DNA of 46,243 nt from a virus: the UHGV virus genome UHGV-0087301. One strand, 5' to 3'. The translations under genes and the position numbers were made by a program. Shown here one piece after another: positions 24,024 through 34,423 of the stretch (position 1 is the stretch's first letter; each line of letters starts with the position of its first letter). The notes under the pieces are model-generated. The model did not search any database. It saw nothing but the letters and a program-made list of their open reading frames with translations, and was not told the DNA's origin.

Positions 24024-25765
24024 GATTCTTGTTTCCCCTCTCTATCAACTCGTAAGAACTTCTCAAGGGTAAGTTCTCCAGTGGTTGTTCCATCGGCATT
24101 GATGTTTCGTTCCATTTTTACAATGTAATACCAATCATTTTCTTCTATAAGCTTACGCATATAGTTTGAGCATTCTTCGATATGGAATTTCTTCATATCG
24201 TAAATAAAACGAATCTTATCGCCTACATTGATATCACTAGGTAATTCTTCGGTCTTAACAGTGATTTTATATTTTCTACGAGCATAGATTAGTTTTTTGA
24301 TCGTAGCATCGTACACTGCCTTGGCACATTTGATTCTGTCCTCATCGGTAATGTTCTTAACACCATTGCCTGATTCAGGATTGTATGTTCCTTGCCAAAA
24401 CTCAGGTTTTACACGCAACCAACCTAAGATATTTGCAGTCGATATAGAAGTAACTGTGCAATATGGTTGAGGTTGATTCTGCCCAAAGAATTGAGCAGTA
24501 CCATTTCCGTTATCAGAAACAAACATAGCTACGTGAGAATAAGGTGTATCTCCAGCTTTATTAAAGACTGCCCAATCTCCAAACTGAGGTGTACTTGGAT
24601 AATCAAAATACGCATCATATCCTAGGGATTGTCTATTAAACCAAATATTCCACGCATATCCATCTCCACCAATGGCTCTAGATGGATTTGGATAACCAAT
24701 GATTTCAAGGCATTTTTTGAATGTATCAACACATTGATATGGTTGTTCAGGTGGAACTCCATCCATATCGATAGATTGTCCATTATACTCATCTATAAAA
24801 GCTTGAGGAGACCAATTTCCACTTCCTACTGGTTCTTCTCCATCTTCTACATCTTCTTCCAATGAGAATGGGTTTAAATCGTCAAAAGCAAACGTTCCCT
24901 CAATAAACAATCCACTTTCCATTGCAACGGATTCTGTATCGATAACTGCATATTCCAATTGGTTGTTTGGTGCCAGTTTTGGATAATCGATATAGTTGTA
25001 ATCACGTTCGTTATTGATATTGTTACGAATAATCACAACTGGAAAGTTAGGGTCTTGTAAGGATGTATCGTTATATACCTCTCTTAAAGATAGTGAGGAC
25101 ATTCCACTATCTGATTTATTCGCATACACTGTTGCCAAGTTGATAACGTTCGACCAATCCTCGTTGATTTCAGGTTCTTCTAAGATATGGATATTGGTTT
25201 TTCCACTTGGTCTTAAAGAAACAGTGTAATTTTTCTTCTCTCCAAAAACACCTACTTCAATTCGTTTATCCTTAGTTAAAGGAACTCGCCAAAATAAATC
25301 AGGTGTCAATTCACACGTTCTTGTTAAGGCACTGAGTTTATCCTGCCTTGAATACACATAGTCAATAACTTCTTGAGATGCTTTTTCATCAAAGCTCATA
25401 ATCCATTCATTTGAATATTTCATCTCGTCATCTTCATAGATTTGAGGTATCGTCTTATCTTTCGTGGCATAGTTTGTAGGCACTTGTCTGTATTCCCATT
25501 CCTTGATGACATGAGAACAAGAAATACTTAATACACCAGTATTTGTGTTCACGTTTACAGACTGTGTATTGGAATAGAAGATGGCATTTTCTGTATAAAT
25601 ACGAATTTCTTTTCTTCCTCTCAAATAAGGAAGTAATTCGGCTACTCCATCAATGTCTATCGTAGGTGTAGACATCATTTCGTTAGACATAGATATATTT
25701 GATAAGGATAATTGAAAACGTTTCTTTACATTGCCAAATTCTAGGATTTCAAAATAAGGTATCAT
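24020..25765 (-). CDS. Tail-associated lysin/baseplate hub with CHAP-like domain
   Basis: QCVD...GYAW...GDWAVF...HVAMF...GQNQ within a tail hub protein. Confidence 0.75.
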   Translation of the reverse strand: MIPYFEILEFGNVKKRFQLSLSNISMSNEMMSTPTIDIDGVAELLPYLRGRKEIRIYTENAIFYSNTQSVNVNTNTGVLSISCSHVIKEWEYRQVPTNYATKDKTIPQIYEDDEMKYSNEWIMSFDEKASQEVIDYVYSRQDKLSALTRTCELTPDLFWRVPLTKDKRIEVGVFGEKKNYTVSLRPSGKTNIHILEEPEINEDWSNVINLATVYANKSDSGMSSLSLREVYNDTSLQDPNFPVVIIRNNINNERDYNYIDYPKLAPNNQLEYAVIDTESVAMESGLFIEGTFAFDDLNPFSLEEDVEDGEEPVGSGNWSPQAFIDEYNGQSIDMDGVPPEQPYQCVDTFKKCLEIIGYPNPSRAIGGDGYAWNIWFNRQSLGYDAYFDYPSTPQFGDWAVFNKAGDTPYSHVAMFVSDNGNGTAQFFGQNQPQPYCTVTSISTANILGWLRVKPEFWQGTYNPESGNGVKNITDEDRIKCAKAVYDATIKKLIYARRKYKITVKTEELPSDINVGDKIRFIYDMKKFHIEECSNYMRKLIEENDWYYIVKMERNINADGTTTGELTLEKFLRVDREGKQES

Positions 25766-26481
25766 TAGTTACCTACCTTTCCTTGTCCAACCCAGTTGTT
25801 ATTTTTTCTTATCCTCGATGTTCCTTGATTGACTTGTCCTGTTTCACTGCCACTCATGATTGATTTATCTTCCCATTGTCCTGATTTACGAATATGGAAG
25901 AATCCACTTGGTCTATTCAAAGAATTCCATTGTTTTGCTTTACGAATTGCCCAAGGCTTAAATTCAGGAATAATCTGTTGAATGGAATATATATTTTCAT
26001 GTGGTAAAGTTGCATCCTCACCTCGTAGCTCAATCTTTACGTGTGTTGTATCGGTTGGTAATTGGAAAAATCCTGACCATTGACTAGACTGTGCGATTAC
26101 GTGCCAATTTGCTCCGTAGCATAGGTTTGCCCCTCCAGGATGAGAAAAAATCTTAGCGTTGAAAATCTGATTCCAAGAAGCCTGATTATTGTTTGAAGTT
26201 GAAACAATCAGTATATAATCATATGTTCCACCAAAAGGAATATAGTGTAAGTTTGGAACATACTGTTGTGAAGCATTTACTGCATATCCAACTAAGTTTA
26301 ATTTAAAAGTTACGCCATAACTTCCATTGTCTGTAAACTCAACGCCATAACCATATCCGTTGTTATGAGCTTCTGTTAATGGTGCTCCAAAAGGGCCAGT
26401 TGCACTAGGGTCTCCCCCTAGCACAACATTTGCATAAGGACCTGTATTATCATATGCACCCCAAAATGTGTTCCATGCCAT
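25765..26481 (-). CDS. Minor tail/receptor-binding protein candidate
   Basis: Likely start MAWNTF (TAATG coupling, GGAGG RBS). Aromatic, beta-rich sequence. Confidence 0.6.
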   Translation of the reverse strand: MAWNTFWGAYDNTGPYANVVLGGDPSATGPFGAPLTEAHNNGYGYGVEFTDNGSYGVTFKLNLVGYAVNASQQYVPNLHYIPFGGTYDYILIVSTSNNNQASWNQIFNAKIFSHPGGANLCYGANWHVIAQSSQWSGFFQLPTDTTHVKIELRGEDATLPHENIYSIQQIIPEFKPWAIRKAKQWNSLNRPSGFFHIRKSGQWEDKSIMSGSETGQVNQGTSRIRKNNNWVGQGKVGN

Positions 26482-27089
26482 TAGATACCTCCAACAGTAT
26501 CGTTTTCTGTTTGTCCTGTATTTGTACGGATATATGAGTTTCCATCGGCAGTACCACCAAAGTGATTCATCGTTCCATAAGCTACTCCAACTCCTGACTT
26601 CACATTTCCGTCTAAGATATTTCCTGATGTTTCCCAATATCCTGCGTTTTTCATGTTTGTAAGAAGTTTAATCAAAGCGTTCTGAATCTTACTGATGTTT
26701 CCGTTTGCATCGCCTAAAGCATCTTCCAAATCATGAATCGCATCCCATATCTTTTGAATTTCTTCCCAAATCAATTCGATTTGTTCCCACTGTCCACAAT
26801 CTGAACAAGCCAACATATCCATTACGTGCATAACGTTTTTTGCTAAATCTTCAATCGGTTGATTTGGTTTGCAAGGGTCATAGGCTTGTGCCTTTTCTGC
26901 CATTCCACCAACCAAACAATCAATAGCATTATGAATATCTGTGCAATTCTTTCTGCCTTTGTTCATCAATCCTTGATTGGCTTCTAGATTTGCACACATC
27001 GTATCTGTTACACCTTTTATAACAAATTCAGGTGCATAGGCTTGTAAGTCCTCACAAGCTTTACATATATCTTTATCTACAACTGCCAT
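26481..27089 (-). CDS. Cys-rich minor tail protein with coiled coil
   Basis: CxxCxxLQ...GVTDxxC...AxDCL N-terminus. Confidence 0.7.
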   Translation of the reverse strand: MAVVDKDICKACEDLQAYAPEFVIKGVTDTMCANLEANQGLMNKGRKNCTDIHNAIDCLVGGMAEKAQAYDPCKPNQPIEDLAKNVMHVMDMLACSDCGQWEQIELIWEEIQKIWDAIHDLEDALGDANGNISKIQNALIKLLTNMKNAGYWETSGNILDGNVKSGVGVAYGTMNHFGGTADGNSYIRTNTGQTENDTVGGI

Positions 27090-27099
27090 AAGCTACCTC

Positions 27100-27942
27100 C
27101 TAGCACGTTGGAACGTTATCCACGTTATTGTTTTTGAATTGAACGTATAAGTTTGTTTCATCATCCACTACCCAGTCATTGTATATAGATAAGAACTGAA
27201 TCCAATCTGTACTCTGACCTGTTCCCAATGTTCCTGATAAATTCAAGTCCACTGTACGATTGATAGCTTCTGATATATTTCCTTGTACACTTTCTCGTTG
27301 ATAGATGACCTCTCCACTAGAATTTGGAACACGAATTGTAATGCTTGGTCTAGATGCAGGAACAACACTTGTTGCCGTATATGTGAACGTACTGACAGTT
27401 ACACTACGTATATGCCATGAAATTTGTTTATTTTCGCCAACCGACATACAGAAATCGGCTTTTCCAGTAACAACTCCATCTCCTACTTTTTCAGTTTGTT
27501 CAAGGCTATTCCAATCAGAATATCTGAATACCCAATCTCCGTTACGAGCGACAGAAACAGATAACCCTCTTGTCTCTTGTCGAATCTCATATTTTGCATT
27601 GATAGCCAAATTCATAAGCAACATATTCTGCAAACTATTCCAAAGTCCACAGATAGCACAAATGATAGCTTCGTTCATGTTGTACTGATTGGGTAAAAAC
27701 TGTTCCATGAACTCTTTCCATTTGCATACATCATATGCAGGTAACTCTTCGATATTTCCTAATATCAAACAGTCGTTTGCAGTCTTTAGATCATCACAAG
27801 TGTTATTTCCACTTTCAGGATTGAATCCAGTGTTATCACCTAATGAATTACAGACTGCATCGGTTACACCATTTTCATAGAATTCTGCACTTTCTTCTTG
27901 TAGTTTTATACAAGGTGAACAATATTCTTCTGCCATACACAT
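27100..27942 (-). CDS. Cys-rich minor tail protein (paralog of 26481..27089)
   Basis: Same N-terminal Cys pattern as 26481..27089. Confidence 0.7.
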   Translation of the reverse strand: MCMAEEYCSPCIKLQEESAEFYENGVTDAVCNSLGDNTGFNPESGNNTCDDLKTANDCLILGNIEELPAYDVCKWKEFMEQFLPNQYNMNEAIICAICGLWNSLQNMLLMNLAINAKYEIRQETRGLSVSVARNGDWVFRYSDWNSLEQTEKVGDGVVTGKADFCMSVGENKQISWHIRSVTVSTFTYTATSVVPASRPSITIRVPNSSGEVIYQRESVQGNISEAINRTVDLNLSGTLGTGQSTDWIQFLSIYNDWVVDDETNLYVQFKNNNVDNVPTC

Positions 27943-27948
27943 TCCTTT

Positions 27949-29034
27949 CTAGTACGTTATTTCATCTACATAGATATAAACGCTCGCCATTTCACAACAT
28001 GAATTCTTTACGATTGCGTTATTCATGCCATGTTTTACTGTGAATAGGAAATCATCCAATATTTCTACATTGTTCAAATCCACTTCTTCAAATGGGCAAC
28101 AATCGCCTTTTGAATACATGACTGAGCCACTTCTATCTATCGTGATTGTTCCGTCATAATCACCTATCAAACGGATGCGATTTCCGTTAATACTAATTTC
28201 AGGGTTTTGAAATTTACCCTCGATACGAATATCAATATTCGTTGTGTCTAAGATAGTTCCTGAATAGAACTGTCCTGCTATCGTTGATTTACATACATCG
28301 GTTTTATAGATTTTCTTTCCGTATGAATCCTCGCCAAAGAATTCTTCTGAACGCTTGCAGTCATATACAAGCAAGAATGATTCTCCACAACGCATGAATT
28401 CATCTAAGATATTTCGACCGACTACACATAAAGAATTTTCTTTTACCAAATCATCGCAATGGCAAAGGCAAGATGCACAATCTTCTTCCATTGGCTTTAC
28501 GCAGTTCACACAACAATCGCCACAATTTGTATCGTCTCTAAAGTCATAGCACTCTAGGAAGTTACACGTACTGTATGGAATTAGATACGTTCTTCTAGGG
28601 TCTGCAATGTGCCATGCTCCCTCATAGAGCTTCAACTCTATATCAAAGGATATATGCCCTTTGAACTTGTAGTAATCATCTGAGAAATCCGTTACATAGG
28701 CATATGCCCATAGAATCTTGTTATCTTCAATTGCCCATATGCGACCAGCTTTAATCAAGTTTAGCTTGATAAAATCTTTGAGGTATTTCCTCTCTTCTCT
28801 TCTATATTTTCGATAGTCAATGTTAATGGTCATGCTCAAGTCTCCCTCAGTTAAAAACTGTTGGGAGGACTTGAAATTTACATAGCTACCATGACCATAG
28901 GAATACTCTTCTGTTTCGGTCTTTGTGCTTTGTTTGTAACTCGCTTCACTAATCACATCTGTAGAATCAAAGACCAAATCATTGAATTGAACATATTGTC
29001 TTACAGGGTTAAAGTTTTCACAGTTTCCAAACAT
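27949..29034 (-). CDS. Distal tail protein (Dit) candidate with Cys-rich insertion
   Basis: Immediately downstream of the tape measure gene. Contains CGDCCVNC...CASCLCHC. Confidence 0.65.
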   Translation of the reverse strand: MFGNCENFNPVRQYVQFNDLVFDSTDVISEASYKQSTKTETEEYSYGHGSYVNFKSSQQFLTEGDLSMTINIDYRKYRREERKYLKDFIKLNLIKAGRIWAIEDNKILWAYAYVTDFSDDYYKFKGHISFDIELKLYEGAWHIADPRRTYLIPYSTCNFLECYDFRDDTNCGDCCVNCVKPMEEDCASCLCHCDDLVKENSLCVVGRNILDEFMRCGESFLLVYDCKRSEEFFGEDSYGKKIYKTDVCKSTIAGQFYSGTILDTTNIDIRIEGKFQNPEISINGNRIRLIGDYDGTITIDRSGSVMYSKGDCCPFEEVDLNNVEILDDFLFTVKHGMNNAIVKNSCCEMASVYIYVDEITY

Positions 29035-29035
29035 T

Positions 29036-32000
29036 TTAATATGCCAATCCTTTCATAAATCTATTTGCTTTTAATCGTTGCTTGCGTTCGTTGCCACCAT
29101 TGATCGTGATACTTCTATCTCCATAATTGTAGTTAGAAGTATTGTTCACAATGTGGTTGTAAGTCGCTTGCATCGAATTATTTCCTTGCGATGACATCAA
29201 GCCTTTGAAAGCGCCTTTGAAGTCCATATCATTGATTTTTTTCAAGAAGGACACTCCAATACCTTTTACTGCATTTCTTCGCACCACGAACTCTCCAGGT
29301 GTCAACATGGCGGGAATAGTGTCCGTTCCTCTTCTTGCAAATCCACCTTTAGCAAAATATCCAGTTGGAACTTCGCCACCTCGTGAATCATGTTCTACAT
29401 TGATGTTTGGTGTTTCCAAGTTCGATACTGCATCGTTGAATGCACTTGCAAAGGAATTCCCTAAATTTGCCCCTGCACTTGAGAACCTTGAAGCGTACGC
29501 ATTTAAACCTGAAATCGCAGTCGACATCGCATTAGGAAGGCTTGCTACTGCCGTTCTAAATCCACTGACAACCTGATTTCCGTACTGTGTACCAACTGGT
29601 GTGAAGTCTTTCTTGCCTAACTCGGCAATCATGGAATCGATATAAGCAACGCATTGTCCTGTTACATCGGCTTCTTCAAAACCTGTATACAAGGAATTTC
29701 CCCAAGTTGTACCAACAGTTAAGAACTGTTCATCCATGCCTTGCAATCTCGTTAATAACTCTTGGAATTTAGCTATCAAAGCATCGACCTGAGCAGTGAC
29801 ATTCTGTGCATTTTCTACACTGGATAGATTAGCAAGATTTGTAATGACTGTACCAATCTGTGAAATGATACTGTTTATGGTTTCAAAGTTGATTTGAGCT
29901 TGACTGATAGACTGCATCTTGCTCACGATTGTGCTAAACGTATCTACAACTTCTTCCAACTGGGCTAGTTTTTCTGTGTCAATTTCGACTGCTCCATAAC
30001 CACTGACTGTTCCGCCTAATGCAGTTAACATCGAATTAATGTTCATTCTCAATGTTTTGAAGTCTACATCCATATTTGAGAACGTATCCATCAAGGATTT
30101 ACAAGTTGTAACCAAATTAATCATGCCGTTCAGTGCATCGATAACATTCTGAATTGTATCTGCACTCATGAAGTTTTCCATGTTGTAGCCAACACGTGTT
30201 TCACCACTTGGCATTAAATCTTCATTGATTTTACCTAACAAATCAGAAATGCTCTTGATAGCGCTGCCAAATTCGTCTACATTGATTGGATTTTCTGTTG
30301 CTACCTTAATAAGCTCATTGACTTTAGGGAAAATCTGTAACAAGTTGTCTAAGACACCGATTATGTTTTCGGCATTCTCAGATGTTAAAGAAGTGCCTAA
30401 TCGAACATCAGGGAATTGAACATCTTTCAACTGTTCTAAGACAGTAGATACCTTTGTAATCGTGGTTGTAAGTTTTTCGACATCGATATCAGGAATTTCT
30501 TTTGATCCAAATGCACTGAGCTTATCTGTTAACTGTGATAAAGCATCTATATTTTCGGCAATGGAAGTTACATTGTCCGTATTCATGTTTTCAATATTGA
30601 CTGTTGGTAAAGGCATGACTGACTGTAAAGCCTGCAAGATTTCCTTAACGGCTTTCAGGTTCTTTTCGATTGAATCTCCATCCAATGTTCCAACTTCTTG
30701 AATTCCCTCAAGAGCTTTTACAACATCCAGTAACTGATTCAAGTTAGAACTTGCTTGTGCAATGTTGCCTTCATCAATTTTCTGTGTTGCCAACTTTCCA
30801 ATCGCTCCAAAGAATCCACCTGACCAACCAGTTAAATCATCGAGTGCATCGGTAACTGTTTTCATGTTCTTCGATACACCTTTGGAATTGATTTCTATAT
30901 TTCCAAACTTTTCAAGAGCAGTACCTATATCCATGACACTGTCTGCCATTGCAGAAATAGATTGACTAACAGTATAAAGAATACCTGCCAATCCTAAGGT
31001 GAATATTCCACCAAGAACCATGATGATACCACCAAGTCCATTGCCCAAACTAGCCAAGCCACCTAATGCACCGACTACAATTCCTATACCACCTATAGCG
31101 ATTGCCATATTTGCCATTTTGGATGCAAAGTTTCCTATATCATCAGGCACTTTCTTATTCACTTCTCCAATGGCTTCTGCAAGCACATATAAAGCTCCTC
31201 CTGCACCTATCAAAGAAAAAATTCCAGTCAATTGTGTTTTGAAATCAACTGTCTTTGACATATTGCTCATGATTTTAGTAACACCAATCATTGCCCCCAT
31301 CGTTGCTCCTAGAATAGCGAGTTTAGGAATCAACTTGCTCAAATCATCAGGAATCTTATTATTCAATTGATTGATAGCTTCGACATACAACATCATGTTT
31401 CCTGCCATCAACGCAAGTTGAGCCTGATTTCCTAGTTTGGTATAGAATGCACCTTTATCAAAAGTAGTGGTTGCCTTACCTAGAGAATCTGTAACAGATT
31501 TGTTTTTGTTACTGTTTTGGAAGATAGAGAACAATGAAGAACCTTTCTTAGTAAAGTTTGCAAATTTACCTTTAGAACCAAACCATTCTGCTAGTTGAGC
31601 TACTTTGCTAATTGTTCCCCCACCAAAGGAAAGAACACCACCTAATACTCTTAATCCATAGGCTAACGTGATATATCCACCTGCTAATCTTCCTAAACCA
31701 CGTGATATATCGCCACCACCAACAAAACTAGCGAATCCTTTGAATGCATCATAAACTTCTTTTACTAAGTCCACGACACCCTCAAGAACTGGTTTAAAGT
31801 CTTTCAATCCGTCTGTGAAATCACCAAAATCAAATTTTGACAATTCGTTTTGAACTGCATTGAATTTATCTATGATAAAGTCTAGGAATTCACCGATTGG
31901 CTCTCGATTTTCGTTGATAAAATTAGAAACTCCATACATGGAATCACGCATGAAATTACCAAATTTAGCGATATTTTCAGGAATACTCCCATACCCTAAA

Positions 32001-33427
32001 GATTCCACAGTATCGTTGATAGACTGAATGATAGAAGCCCATCCTTTTTCAATCTGTGTTTGTGCAACTGTCAAAGATGAACCGATACTTTTTAGTGCGT
32101 TTTCCTTAGCTAATTCATTTAAGGCACGCATCGTAGCATTTCCATTCTCGTTTAGCTCAATCAATGCATCCGTAAACTGTTCGATTGAGATTTCACCCTC
32201 ACCAAGTGCAGTTTTAAATGCACCCATGTTTTCAGATGAATACCCCAGCATTTCGGCTACCTGAGCTAAGGCAGGAGACATACCTGCATCGGTTAATGAC
32301 AAGTACGTACGAGCATCCAATTTACCAGTACCCATTGCCTGCGAGAACTGCGTAATCGCTCTGTTGGCTTGTTCTTGTGAACCACCAAAGGCAATAACTG
32401 AGTTATTCAATGCATCAAAGATACGTACTGCTTCAGGTAAATCACCAGTGATTGAACTAATCATGGTAACTGACTGCATGGCATCGTTCAATGTTGTAGG
32501 AAGTCCTAAAATACGTTTTTCCAAGTCATCTAATGAAGCATCCACAACACTTGTGTCAAAGTTCATAGCTTCAAATGTTCGTCTTGAGTTGGCAATCGTG
32601 TCCATACGATTAATAGCGCCTGAGAACGATGTTTCAATCGCATTCATAAATCCACTAGTCATGCGATACAAGGCACTATATCCAACACCTTGAACTAAGA
32701 AATGTCCTATACCACCTAATGGATTATTGGAAAAGTTGCTTGCTAGATTGGTCATGGAACTACCAATCTTACTCATACTGTTTCCAAACTTTTGAATTTT
32801 TTGTGCTACACTCGCAATGTTATTCAATTGCGACATGACTTGTTGATAATCTTCTAGCCTTAACTCAAGGTCTATCCTATCGCTTTCAAGTTGTGCCGAT
32901 TTCCTTGTTAATTCATCCAGTTCCTTTTGGATTTTATCTGCATCGCCAAAATCGGCTTGTAAATCGAGTTTCTTTTTATTTAAAGCATCGATTTGCTTAC
33001 TGATTTTTTTGTATTCGTTGTAAACATCCTGAAGCTCTCGTTTGTCTTGCGTAAGAACTGCTTTCTGTCCTTGCAATAAAGATGATTGTTTCGTTAATTG
33101 AGATACCCAAGTGCTTTTTACATCGTCTGATAAAATATCTGAATAACGTATCTGAGCCTTTTGGTTACGGATATTTGCTAAAGCACGATCAATTTCTTCA
33201 ATCTGACTTTTGATTCTTTGAAAAGACTGTGCATCGGATTCCAAAGTAATCTTTCGATTGTTTAATTCCTTTAACTGAGAATCTAGTTTTGTTATATCTG
33301 ACTTAACTTTTGTTAGATTCTTGGCTTGGAGGTCAACCTGAACTTTTTGTTTGTTTAGAGCTTTTATCTGTTGTTGAGCAGTTTTCGTATCTAATATCAG
33401 TTCTGCACCGACTCTAGGTTGAGACAT
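29036..33427 (-). CDS. Tape measure protein
   Basis: 1463 aa, helical. QFSQAMxxGKL tape-measure motif and C-terminal GTDTIPAMLTPGEFVV. Confidence 0.93.
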   Translation of the reverse strand: MSQPRVGAELILDTKTAQQQIKALNKQKVQVDLQAKNLTKVKSDITKLDSQLKELNNRKITLESDAQSFQRIKSQIEEIDRALANIRNQKAQIRYSDILSDDVKSTWVSQLTKQSSLLQGQKAVLTQDKRELQDVYNEYKKISKQIDALNKKKLDLQADFGDADKIQKELDELTRKSAQLESDRIDLELRLEDYQQVMSQLNNIASVAQKIQKFGNSMSKIGSSMTNLASNFSNNPLGGIGHFLVQGVGYSALYRMTSGFMNAIETSFSGAINRMDTIANSRRTFEAMNFDTSVVDASLDDLEKRILGLPTTLNDAMQSVTMISSITGDLPEAVRIFDALNNSVIAFGGSQEQANRAITQFSQAMGTGKLDARTYLSLTDAGMSPALAQVAEMLGYSSENMGAFKTALGEGEISIEQFTDALIELNENGNATMRALNELAKENALKSIGSSLTVAQTQIEKGWASIIQSINDTVESLGYGSIPENIAKFGNFMRDSMYGVSNFINENREPIGEFLDFIIDKFNAVQNELSKFDFGDFTDGLKDFKPVLEGVVDLVKEVYDAFKGFASFVGGGDISRGLGRLAGGYITLAYGLRVLGGVLSFGGGTISKVAQLAEWFGSKGKFANFTKKGSSLFSIFQNSNKNKSVTDSLGKATTTFDKGAFYTKLGNQAQLALMAGNMMLYVEAINQLNNKIPDDLSKLIPKLAILGATMGAMIGVTKIMSNMSKTVDFKTQLTGIFSLIGAGGALYVLAEAIGEVNKKVPDDIGNFASKMANMAIAIGGIGIVVGALGGLASLGNGLGGIIMVLGGIFTLGLAGILYTVSQSISAMADSVMDIGTALEKFGNIEINSKGVSKNMKTVTDALDDLTGWSGGFFGAIGKLATQKIDEGNIAQASSNLNQLLDVVKALEGIQEVGTLDGDSIEKNLKAVKEILQALQSVMPLPTVNIENMNTDNVTSIAENIDALSQLTDKLSAFGSKEIPDIDVEKLTTTITKVSTVLEQLKDVQFPDVRLGTSLTSENAENIIGVLDNLLQIFPKVNELIKVATENPINVDEFGSAIKSISDLLGKINEDLMPSGETRVGYNMENFMSADTIQNVIDALNGMINLVTTCKSLMDTFSNMDVDFKTLRMNINSMLTALGGTVSGYGAVEIDTEKLAQLEEVVDTFSTIVSKMQSISQAQINFETINSIISQIGTVITNLANLSSVENAQNVTAQVDALIAKFQELLTRLQGMDEQFLTVGTTWGNSLYTGFEEADVTGQCVAYIDSMIAELGKKDFTPVGTQYGNQVVSGFRTAVASLPNAMSTAISGLNAYASRFSSAGANLGNSFASAFNDAVSNLETPNINVEHDSRGGEVPTGYFAKGGFARRGTDTIPAMLTPGEFVVRRNAVKGIGVSFLKKINDMDFKGAFKGLMSSQGNNSMQATYNHIVNNTSNYNYGDRSITINGGNERKQRLKANRFMKGLAY

Positions 33428-33737
33428 TTTCTTCCTCCAATTCTTTTCTTGAATAGAATTTCACGGCATACCTATTTACCCTTGGTATTTTCTTTTTAGC
33501 CGTTCGGTTATAGCTCTCAATTTCTGAGTATGCTTTTTCTTGTGCCTCGTTTCGATATATTCCGTATGCAACTAATAATTCAGAAACACCCCAACGATCA
33601 AGAATATCATTGGGGCGAATTTTCAATATTTTGGCAACATAATGAGCCATAAAAGAGTAGATATTCAAGTCTGCATCGTAGGTTTTTCGGTTATCGGTTT
33701 GATTACCACTCTCCTTTTCTGTTAATATCCAAAAACT
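33414..33737 (-). CDS. Tail assembly chaperone C-terminal extension (gpT-like), probably reached by -1 frameshift
   Basis: The -1 frame is open from A GTT TTT (33731-33737) into ORF 33414..33668. Confidence 0.55.
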   Translation of the reverse strand, partial: SFWILTEKESGNQTDNRKTYDADLNIYSFMAHYVAKILKIRPNDILDRWGVSELLVAYGIYRNEAQEKAYSEIESYNRTAKKKIPRVNRYAVKFYSRKELEEENVST

Positions 33738-34396
33738 GTTTCTGTTTCGTTGAAGATTTCAGGGTTGTTAACGATTGTTGCGTATAACGCATTTAACACA
33801 GAACCAGGTAACATATGGTCTGCTAAAACATCATCGATATTCAGTAATGTTTTTACGAAATCATATATAGATTGTTGACCTTGTTCTCCTGCCTGATTGT
33901 AAACATGAATCATTTCAATGTTTGCCTGCGTTTTCATGACTTCAATTTCATCTTCTAACTGTTTATTTGGTTGAGAAAGAGTAATCTGTCCATCATCATC
34001 CTTTGTATACTCTGCACCTACTTGTTTAAGCATTTCTTCAATCTGACTATTACGAGTGTCTACAACATTTGTTAGAGCCGTGATAATCGGATAAATGCCT
34101 AAAGCCGATTCGACAAGTAACATATCTTTTCTAGGATTGATGTGAATATCTTCAAAATCGATGGTAAACATGATGTATTTACCTACTTTTTTAGCGTTTT
34201 TTGGGTACGCTTGAAGTTCTCCTTCTTCAAATCGAAACTTAATTTGGTAATCAACCTTTTTGACTTCCGTTTTATTTGCATCGCCTACGACTGCGAGATT
34301 GCCGTTATTTAAAACGGCATGAGGTGTATCATCCTCTCTCGCTTTTTCAAGACTTTTATTAATATCTAACCAATCATTGATTGTAAATTTGTCCAT
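33722..34396 (-). CDS. Tail assembly chaperone (gpG-like)
   Basis: Lies between the major tail and tape measure genes. AGGAGG RBS. Confidence 0.65.
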   Translation of the reverse strand: MDKFTINDWLDINKSLEKAREDDTPHAVLNNGNLAVVGDANKTEVKKVDYQIKFRFEEGELQAYPKNAKKVGKYIMFTIDFEDIHINPRKDMLLVESALGIYPIITALTNVVDTRNSQIEEMLKQVGAEYTKDDDGQITLSQPNKQLEDEIEVMKTQANIEMIHVYNQAGEQGQQSIYDFVKTLLNIDDVLADHMLPGSVLNALYATIVNNPEIFNETETVFGY

Positions 34397-34423
34397 TATA
34401 TTGCCTCCTTAGTTTGTATCGGT

